Translations under genes and position numbers: made by a program
IMG/VR virus record: IMGVR_UViG_3300032223_001001
Location: 1 to 64,000 of that record
DNA: 64,000 nt
Direction: 5' to 3' (one strand)
Source: a virus
Shown here: positions 1-7,847 of the stretch, piece after piece
Layout of the letters: every line of letters begins with the position of its first letter
Numbering within the stretch: the first letter of the stretch is position 1
The notes under the pieces: generated by a model
The model's database searches: none
Seen by the model: the letters and a program-made list of their open reading frames with translations, nothing else
What the model was told of the DNA's origin: nothing

Positions 1-1
1 A

Positions 2-271
2 TACCCATACACCATATACGTTTGTGACGTATATGGTAACCAATGTATTTTAGTTGCAACGATATATAGTAACGTACCCCCAACTAACACAATCCCTTTA
101 CCTTTTCAGTTCAATTCTGCCCCAGCGGTTGGATTAAAATTAATTGCCGGAAATGGGTGTGAACATTTTGAAATACTATATTGTGAAAAACAAGAATGTT
201 GCCTATTGTTACAAGACAATACTTGTTTCCTACTTCAAGACAATAGCTTGTTATTATTACAAGGTTGTTAA
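2..271 (+). CDS. 3' part of a small Cys-rich probable virion protein (partial, absent from ORF track)
   Basis: Frame 2 is open from the window edge: YPYTIYVCDVYGNQCILVA...CCLLLQDNTCFLLQDNSLLLLQGC*. Converges on RuvC at a bidirectional terminator. Confidence 0.7.
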   Translation, partial: YPYTIYVCDVYGNQCILVATIYSNVPPTNTIPLPFQFNSAPAVGLKLIAGNGCEHFEILYCEKQECCLLLQDNTCFLLQDNSLLLLQGC

Positions 272-300
272 AAAAAAAATGGGGGTTAAAAAACCCCCAA
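271..300. terminator. Probable bidirectional intrinsic terminator
   Basis: TGGGGGTT-aaaa-AACCCCCA hairpin with an A-tract on the left, between convergent genes. Confidence 0.7.
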
Positions 301-306
301 TCATAT

Positions 307-912
307 CTACCAAATTTCTTGTTGTTTTAAGTAACCCAGGACACAACAATAAGCATCCGTTTGGTCAAAATTTTCCTTTTTTAATGTATTGTTTTTGGTA
401 TATTGCCATTGAATTTGTGGTTCAAGTTTTGCAACTTTTTCCCATATGATCATCTTCTTATCAATATCTTTTGGTAAACCACCAAATAATACAAATTTAC
501 CTTTATCGTTTTCTCTAACAAGTTCCGGGAAGGCGAACTTCCTTGAATTATACGTTGAAATAAATTCAGGAACAATTCCTAATATATCATATATCACTTT
601 ACAAATAAAACTATTAAAACGTAATAAGGTTTGAACAGTATAAACATTATTAGAGTTAAGTAATGGTTCTTCAATGATAATCTTAACGATTCCTAGATCT
701 TTATAATCTTTTAACTTAGCCTTAAAAACTTCCGCTTTTAATAATAATTCTTCAATTTTTGATATATCATCCTTTTTAAGTTTAACTTTTGGTGACACGT
801 GTGTTAATTCCAATAGTTGTCTATTTTGGATATCAAAAAGTGCCCATCCGATTGTTGCCGTTGACACATCAAGACCCAATACTTTAGGTGTTTGTTTTAA
901 TTCTTTTACCAT
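307..912 (-). CDS. ruvC: RuvC-like Holliday junction resolvase
   Basis: VLGLDVSTATIGW (D), IIIEEP (E), DQTDAY (DxxD) catalytic motifs. Confidence 0.85.
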   Translation of the reverse strand: MVKELKQTPKVLGLDVSTATIGWALFDIQNRQLLELTHVSPKVKLKKDDISKIEELLLKAEVFKAKLKDYKDLGIVKIIIEEPLLNSNNVYTVQTLLRFNSFICKVIYDILGIVPEFISTYNSRKFAFPELVRENDKGKFVLFGGLPKDIDKKMIIWEKVAKLEPQIQWQYTKNNTLKKENFDQTDAYCCVLGYLKQQEIW

Positions 913-914
913 AA

Positions 915-3209
915 TTATATATCGTACTTAACCACAAATTGTTGAATTCCTTGTCGTAAGACAGGTGATTGTAGTTTTGATACAATCATAAGTTCCTTAT
1001 TAGAATTATAAAGGCCAATTTCTGTAATGTATGAAGATTTTCCTTGTGAATGACCAGGATTAGATGTTTTTTGGAAGTTATAGGCCCCCAAATTTATCTT
1101 ATACACCATTTCATAAATGGTCGCTTGTATATCCGATTCCAAAACCCCATAAAAATAATATTCATCACCAAATGTTAAAGATGTACCAGTATAGTTACTA
1201 GGAGTTAAATCAATATAGTCCCCCAAATCATAAAGTGACGCTGCGTCATACAAATCTTTAGTGATAATAAATGTTGTATTTATTAAATCATTTTCTTGTA
1301 TAAACCCATTAGATGTTGTCCCGCTCATTGCATCGGTCAAGTCAATTATTCTCCAATCATCTGGTTCAGGTTTAGATCCCGCATTAACAACTTGTACCAA
1401 AACTTCAAACGTATCGGCGTAAAACCCTTCAATCATATCACAATCTAATGTACCACCAGATATATGATTTAAACAACCAAATTCCCCACCAAAACGAATC
1501 GATACGTCTTGTGGTCCGAAATCCGTACAATTAGTATTTGGTCCTTGTACTTTAACGTAATAATTGGAATGTAATGAATTTGTAAATGTTGTTGAATTCC
1601 CTAACCTATATGTAACATAAACATATTGTGTATTACCAGTTAATAACCCTTCGCCCGTACTTGTTGATACACCACAAGCATTTGGGGTTATCAAGGATAA
1701 CTTCGGTGCCGGTAATGTCCAGTTACGGTTTGATTTATATGACAACGTAGCAATTAATTCTTCATCATCAATAATCACCAAATGTTGATCTGGAAATACT
1801 TTACCAACTCTACTAGGTAACCCATTACTATTAGGATTGGTATCCCATAAATGGAAATAACGCATTCCAGGGTCATTCATATCCGAATTCTTTTTTGACT
1901 TAATATATTCCACTTGAAATAAATTAAAATCTTCAAAACCTGGGGGATCAATCCAAAATGTTTGTCCTAAACAACATTCAGGGTTTTTATGCCACATAAG
2001 CCATGGTAAATGTAGTTTGAAATTCCTACCTTCACCAGTCGTGTTAATTGTCGCTGTCGGATCGTGTGGTTCGGTAGCAAACTTCTCGCCATACATGAAA
2101 CTAATCGAGTTATTGGTATAATGAATAATCGCAATAGCTTTTTGTTCCTCCGGTGTAACAACAACTTCTTCATCAAAAGAATTATAATAATACACCTTAT
2201 CCGTATCTGTTTGACCACTGGAAGATTGATATCCCAAGTATTCTTTTGTTCCCAAATATTTAGCTGAACTAAAATCGGTATATGACTTATATTGGGTTGG
2301 ATTCATCCCCGCCAAATTTTCAGACCATGAAATATTCATGTTCCAAACATTAACATTCACTTCATCAATACCACATAAAGATTCATAATTAATAACATTA
2401 TCATTCCAATGCGAAGATGGTGTTACCGAATCATATATTTCTGTCATTGTTGGTGGATAAATTAAAACCCTTGCCGTACAACTACCAGAAAATAATGAAA
2501 AATCCGGAACTTCACGATCCAATGTTATTATGTTATTTAAACATACCTCAATAATTCTATAGGTTAATATCGGATAACAACTATAAATTCCCATAACACA
2601 CGAAGTGTCCCCACTCAATCCACATGGGTCTAGTATTATTGGTTCATCACAAACACATTCGTTCGTATCTTTACCATCAAAATAAATTGTAACAATATCC
2701 CCAACTTGATATTCTCTAACCGGTAATACCGTACATTCATCGGCAATTAACGTGATTTTAGTACCACCACTTAAAGATGATATATCAATAATATAGTTAC
2801 TATTAATACTATAATCACCACTTGTATACGCACTCCATGTTGTAACATCCCCACTTGTTGAACCCGTGAAAAATCCTCTAGGTGCTGCAGTATTAAAGAT
2901 TGGGTTAACCACCGAATCCATAAATGGGATACCATAGGTATTTCCAGTTACGCCATGTACATAATATGGATATTTTATATTATGTTTGTTTGATTGGGGT
3001 GAACCAGTGGTGTTGTGTGCGTTAAACGATGAATTTAACACCATTGTATTCGTTTGATTGTAACTCGTGGGTAGTGTATCATACGACACGTCACTATCCC
3101 CAATTTGGAAATAAGATATGTTGAAGTTCCCTTGTGATAAACGTTGTCTACCTACATCCGTTAATTTAGTGTTAACTAAAGCACTTGTATTTTTTAATAT
3201 ATAACTCAT
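915..3209 (-). CDS. Virion/baseplate-associated structural protein
   Basis: N-terminal LTDVGRQRL and C-terminal ITEIGLYN..ELMIVSKLQSP resemble tail-fibre/baseplate attachment domains; in structural operon. Confidence 0.6.
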   Translation of the reverse strand: MSYILKNTSALVNTKLTDVGRQRLSQGNFNISYFQIGDSDVSYDTLPTSYNQTNTMVLNSSFNAHNTTGSPQSNKHNIKYPYYVHGVTGNTYGIPFMDSVVNPIFNTAAPRGFFTGSTSGDVTTWSAYTSGDYSINSNYIIDISSLSGGTKITLIADECTVLPVREYQVGDIVTIYFDGKDTNECVCDEPIILDPCGLSGDTSCVMGIYSCYPILTYRIIEVCLNNIITLDREVPDFSLFSGSCTARVLIYPPTMTEIYDSVTPSSHWNDNVINYESLCGIDEVNVNVWNMNISWSENLAGMNPTQYKSYTDFSSAKYLGTKEYLGYQSSSGQTDTDKVYYYNSFDEEVVVTPEEQKAIAIIHYTNNSISFMYGEKFATEPHDPTATINTTGEGRNFKLHLPWLMWHKNPECCLGQTFWIDPPGFEDFNLFQVEYIKSKKNSDMNDPGMRYFHLWDTNPNSNGLPSRVGKVFPDQHLVIIDDEELIATLSYKSNRNWTLPAPKLSLITPNACGVSTSTGEGLLTGNTQYVYVTYRLGNSTTFTNSLHSNYYVKVQGPNTNCTDFGPQDVSIRFGGEFGCLNHISGGTLDCDMIEGFYADTFEVLVQVVNAGSKPEPDDWRIIDLTDAMSGTTSNGFIQENDLINTTFIITKDLYDAASLYDLGDYIDLTPSNYTGTSLTFGDEYYFYGVLESDIQATIYEMVYKINLGAYNFQKTSNPGHSQGKSSYITEIGLYNSNKELMIVSKLQSPVLRQGIQQFVVKYDI

Positions 3210-3229
3210 TTTATAATTTTTTTAATATT

Positions 3230-4624
3230 CTAACCTCTATTATAAGTATAATACCAACCTATAACCACATTACAACAATCACAACCTTCAATACGTACAT
3301 TAGTTATCGTTGGTGTTAACATAGTATCCGAAACACAACATATATCTGTAACCCCAATAAACGTTGACTTGGTATCGTTTGATAAATGTTGATTAATAAA
3401 TGGTCTATAACTACAATTTGGTGTAATAATATCCGACGCTACTAATTTATATGTTTCCCCACTACTTAAAGATAAGTTATTCCAAACTTTATTAGTTGTA
3501 GTAGTATACATTAATAAATAATCACACCTACTAGCAGGATTAGGTGTTGTTGTGTTAGAAATTGTCGTATTTGTTTCAGGAATTATAGTTGTTGATACTG
3601 GTTTTGTTAAACTATATGCTAAATTATTTGTTGCACTACCACTATATGGTGTTCTTGTAAATTCATCACTTAACGTTAAATCAAACGTAATTGTTACACC
3701 TGGAGGTAATGGTGGGTTTACATTTATATTATAGGTTAAAGTATATGATGTTTCACTTTGATTTGTGGTTATATCCGCTTGTAAAGTATATGTGATCGTC
3801 GGTATAACAGCATTAAGTGTTACCGAATCCCGATATATGTTACCTAAATTATCTTTAACCGCTAATGGATAGACACCTCCACATAAATTAGTGAACACCG
3901 GACTATTAAACCAATTCAACCCATTATTTATTGAATATTGAAATGGTGTATCTGGACCCGTTGCCTGAATGATAATACCCCCATCACATGTACATGTTGG
4001 ATTCGTCGCAGTAAACTTAAAACTTGTCACCGGTCTAGGTATACACACCCCTTGATTTACTGACACAGTACCAAAACCACCCAATAACTGCCACCCATTA
4101 AGTGGTGGATAGGATGGGTCTGGTGAAATAATATTCATTGTTGAACCAGATAATTTCCAGGACGTTATTGTTTGATCCCAATATAACTTATAAACCGAAT
4201 CTTGTGATATCCATGATTGATAACCCAAATATAACCCATTAGGATTAAATGTTATTTGGGTGAATGTTGTAAATGATTCAATAACTCTAGATATATTCAT
4301 ACACAACGTATAAGTTGGTTGTGGAGTAGTTGTTGTCGTAGTTGTCGTTGTAGTAGGTTGTGGTTGCGTTAAAACACATGTTGTATTTATTATGAAATCC
4401 CCATAATAATCCGTAACAGACGCACTATATTCACCACCCATTAAGTTGTGACGACTATTTGTTAAATTTCCATTATCCCATAAAATAGAATACGGTGGTG
4501 TCCCCCCAGAAATTATTAACGTAGCTGAACCATCCGAAGATGTCGGTGTGGTTGGATTAACAACACTACACTGCACATCCATAGGATACAATACTTTAAC
4601 TTCGCATTCGTTAATATTGGGCAT
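3230..4624 (-). CDS. SprB-repeat-like beta-rich virion protein with poly-Thr linker
   Basis: DGSATLIISGGTPPYSILW...VTD repeats; PQPTTTTTTTTTTPQPT. Confidence 0.65.
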   Translation of the reverse strand: MPNINECEVKVLYPMDVQCSVVNPTTPTSSDGSATLIISGGTPPYSILWDNGNLTNSRHNLMGGEYSASVTDYYGDFIINTTCVLTQPQPTTTTTTTTTTPQPTYTLCMNISRVIESFTTFTQITFNPNGLYLGYQSWISQDSVYKLYWDQTITSWKLSGSTMNIISPDPSYPPLNGWQLLGGFGTVSVNQGVCIPRPVTSFKFTATNPTCTCDGGIIIQATGPDTPFQYSINNGLNWFNSPVFTNLCGGVYPLAVKDNLGNIYRDSVTLNAVIPTITYTLQADITTNQSETSYTLTYNINVNPPLPPGVTITFDLTLSDEFTRTPYSGSATNNLAYSLTKPVSTTIIPETNTTISNTTTPNPASRCDYLLMYTTTTNKVWNNLSLSSGETYKLVASDIITPNCSYRPFINQHLSNDTKSTFIGVTDICCVSDTMLTPTITNVRIEGCDCCNVVIGWYYTYNRG

Positions 4625-4646
4625 ACTTGTTTTTATTTATAAATAA

Positions 4647-5627
4647 TCAAAAAGTCGTTTTTTTAACTAGGTTAACCATAACTTCAACATATTTTTTAGT
4701 TGCACTATGATTTTCAACGTAGTTAAAATAAGATAAGTCTTCTCGTAGTTTATCTAAAGGGTTCACCATAATGAAATCACCTTTATAAAATTTCGTGTTT
4801 CTTAAATTTTCCGTTATTCCCGCCATATGTAAAATGGGGTGTTTTTCATACATTGAAGTAGTATCTGTGGCCCAAGAAAAAGATAAATCATGATGTATCT
4901 TGGTTTGTTTACCTACCCTCCATAAATTCCATAATACCGACCACATTTCAGCCGTCCAGAATTGTATTTCACCTGGTGATATGGGAAATCGTTTTTGATA
5001 ATCTAACATCTGGTTATATAATGGAACACAATCTTCATAAATTTTATTCCATAATATATGATCCGTATCTTTTATAATATATTGACCACCACCAGAATTT
5101 AATTGATTATCTTTAATTAGTGTAACATCAATACCCACAACATCCACCATTTCCTGTAATAATTGTCCTTTTTGTGACGAGGGGTGGTGTAACTCGTATC
5201 TTTTACAACAATCCATTATATAATCATATCCAATGTACCCAATTGTGTCAGATACATATAAAATATCATCTTGTAATAATGTGTTATAATCTGGAAGTTC
5301 TCTAAAGATAATATCCGCATCATGTAAAAAAAACACCTTCCCATAAGAAGGATTTTCCTCCAACCATTTTGAAATTAAATAAGGTTTAATACTAGGAATA
5401 TAATATTTCTTGGATCTAGTGTCTTCGTAATGATGAACATTCACACCAAATTCCTTTAACCTTAAGGATGATTCGGAAGGTTTGGTATTCGGATTTATTG
5501 AAAATACAACATGTATATTTTTTGGGTTAATACCCTTCTCAATAAAGTTGTGAATATAAACCTCCGCTTGCCAATGAAAATATGGTACATCTGGTTGTGC
5601 TGTCACATATAACAAATCTTGATACAT
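4647..5627 (-). CDS. GT-A glycosyltransferase resembling plant peptidyl-Ser galactosyltransferase / Hyp arabinosyltransferase (GT96/GT95)
   Basis: Ordered motifs YFHWQ, YIPSIKP...WL, LHDADIIFR (DxD), GG, WTAEMW parallel recalled SERGT1 motifs YFDWQ, YPAINKP...WL, LDADMIIR, WISEMY. Confidence 0.7.
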   Translation of the reverse strand: MYQDLLYVTAQPDVPYFHWQAEVYIHNFIEKGINPKNIHVVFSINPNTKPSESSLRLKEFGVNVHHYEDTRSKKYYIPSIKPYLISKWLEENPSYGKVFFLHDADIIFRELPDYNTLLQDDILYVSDTIGYIGYDYIMDCCKRYELHHPSSQKGQLLQEMVDVVGIDVTLIKDNQLNSGGGQYIIKDTDHILWNKIYEDCVPLYNQMLDYQKRFPISPGEIQFWTAEMWSVLWNLWRVGKQTKIHHDLSFSWATDTTSMYEKHPILHMAGITENLRNTKFYKGDFIMVNPLDKLREDLSYFNYVENHSATKKYVEVMVNLVKKTTF

Positions 5628-5686
5628 ATTTTTTATTAAAAATATATCAAGACTATAAAATTATTAAATAGGTAATAGAATTTTTC

Positions 5687-6445
5687 TTAAAAAACTTGAT
5701 ATTCTGAAAATATTGAAAAATCAAGATTACCATCACCATCTAATGCGTCGGTGATATTACCATGTACTTTAATCATAAAATTCTTAAGTCCACACATGAC
5801 TTCCTTCATCGCATTATCGTATTTTTTAACCTTATATTCCAAATCATGATTTTCAAAACTAGTACCATAATTAGTAGTTACTGTAATACCAGAAGGTATA
5901 ATATCAAACACTGTCGTAGTACTCCCAGTTAAACAATCACCATATGTATTATTAACAAGATAATCCAAATATTCATCATATGTACCACCCCAAATGGAGG
6001 GGTCGATACCTTCATCAGAAAATGGATGGTCTGAAATAGTTAATTCATTCCAATTTAATTCAACACCATAGTCATAATAATACCTACTTAATTTATAGGT
6101 TTTCTCCAGTTCTAAACTAGAATTAAACCACTCCACAATTTTATATTGAAGTTCAATATACGTTTCCTTGAAGGAGGGGGTACAACCAGAATCAACCAAT
6201 GGTCCAGTAATATACCCCTCATCAACTGCAGTTGGTTTAGAATCAATGGCTAAAAACCATTCATTTAACGCTTTAAGAAACGCTTCCCTTGTTGTTCTAT
6301 AAGTTGCGAATTTGTCCCCCATAAAAAACCCTGGTCCCGCCCCACAACCAACGATTTTATCGGTCGCACCATATTCATACCAACTAGTATTTCCACTATT
6401 AAGTGCATTAGGTGTGTAATAATCATACAAATCAAAAAAATACAT
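5687..6445 (-). CDS. Hypothetical protein, paralog of the N-terminal domain of 6499..7845
   Basis: MYFFDLYDY, TREAFLKALNEW, YDNAMKEVMCGLKNFM motifs shared with neighbour. Confidence 0.7.
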   Translation of the reverse strand: MYFFDLYDYYTPNALNSGNTSWYEYGATDKIVGCGAGPGFFMGDKFATYRTTREAFLKALNEWFLAIDSKPTAVDEGYITGPLVDSGCTPSFKETYIELQYKIVEWFNSSLELEKTYKLSRYYYDYGVELNWNELTISDHPFSDEGIDPSIWGGTYDEYLDYLVNNTYGDCLTGSTTTVFDIIPSGITVTTNYGTSFENHDLEYKVKKYDNAMKEVMCGLKNFMIKVHGNITDALDGDGNLDFSIFSEYQVF

Positions 6446-6498
6446 AAAAGTTCGTTTTTAATAATAATAATCTTAAAATAATAATTGTGAACCAATTG

Positions 6499-7845
6499 TT
6501 AGTCACAATTAAAATCACTCCAAGATTCTCGTTGGCCAGGACAGAATGTTGACGTAGTTTCACAATCAATAACATTTTCATACATACATGGTAAAGTAGA
6601 CCCACTTGTTTCAATCATTCTTCGACCAGTAACCGGAAGTGCATTTTGTAAAGGCCACTTCTTAAATGGATGTAACAATAAATAATTACCAGCCCATACA
6701 AGTGGTTTTGTCGCCAATAGTAAATTCCTTACCGCTACCCAAACATTATTTTCATATTGTCTTCTAGGACCAGTTATAGTATCCTCGATTTGTAACGCTA
6801 ATGTTGTTGACCATGACGACGTATTAGGATTCCAAGCATAAGTAACGTTAGTTGAGCTTGTCGTATAAGGACCAACCATTATCACGTCACCAGCTTGTCC
6901 AACTAGTGGCAATTGCGAAACATCTGAAATTGATTTAACGTACCTAACATTATTTGTATACCCAGAAAATATTTCATTTAAAGATTGGGTATATCCCGTA
7001 TTGTCATACCAACCAGCATTTAAGTACGCTTTATATGGTATATAAACCTTTATCTTTTTAGGCACACCTCTAACATAGAAATTCCATGGCCAGGAAGTTG
7101 TTTGACCATAAAGTGGTGATGTCGGATCCATCATTTTGGTCAATAACTCCGTATTTGGTTGAATTGATGATAATTCAGACGGACAATAACCGATTCTAGA
7201 CTTAAGACCATAACTATTTGTTGACAACAACCATTCACTTCGTTGTTCTCTATAATCAGTGTGATAATCAAACACTTCATACCCACCTAAATTAAAATCC
7301 GGATATAGTTCGTTAAAATCACAAGTCGCACATTGTCTAGCATACCATGAATCAATTTCAGATGGTGTTGGACTAACCCTAGGATCATCCATAAAATCAA
7401 ACTGACCAAACGTAGTAACGCCTGTAACACAATTATTATTGTTACAAGGAATATAATCCGAAAACGTATCCCCATCCAAACAATTCATTAAGTTTTTTAA
7501 CAAACACATTTGTTCATACATCGCGTCTTGATACGCATTGAATTGTTGTTGTGTTAAATCAACCATATTATTGTCCTCAGCATTCGCCCAAAACTCAATA
7601 ATTCGAGTGTCCGCGGTTAAACTAGTAAATAAATCATCTTTTATTTGGTCACAACGTTCACAAACGGAAGGATCTTTATACGCCGTTGTCGCTAAATACC
7701 AATTATCTAGAGAGTTCAATATCGCATCTTTAGTTGCGTCAAAAGTCGATTTAACGTCATTCCAATCCCCATATAATGAAAAATCAACCGAGTTCACACC
7801 TATAAACCCAGATGTACAATAATCTTCTAAATCGTAAAAATACAT
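6499..7845 (-). CDS. Hypothetical two-domain protein (domain X + domain Y)
   Basis: N-terminus resembles 5687..6445; C-terminus resembles the C-terminal extension of 7848..10733. Confidence 0.7.
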   Translation of the reverse strand: MYFYDLEDYCTSGFIGVNSVDFSLYGDWNDVKSTFDATKDAILNSLDNWYLATTAYKDPSVCERCDQIKDDLFTSLTADTRIIEFWANAEDNNMVDLTQQQFNAYQDAMYEQMCLLKNLMNCLDGDTFSDYIPCNNNNCVTGVTTFGQFDFMDDPRVSPTPSEIDSWYARQCATCDFNELYPDFNLGGYEVFDYHTDYREQRSEWLLSTNSYGLKSRIGYCPSELSSIQPNTELLTKMMDPTSPLYGQTTSWPWNFYVRGVPKKIKVYIPYKAYLNAGWYDNTGYTQSLNEIFSGYTNNVRYVKSISDVSQLPLVGQAGDVIMVGPYTTSSTNVTYAWNPNTSSWSTTLALQIEDTITGPRRQYENNVWVAVRNLLLATKPLVWAGNYLLLHPFKKWPLQNALPVTGRRMIETSGSTLPCMYENVIDCETTSTFCPGQRESWSDFNCD

Positions 7846-7847
7846 AT

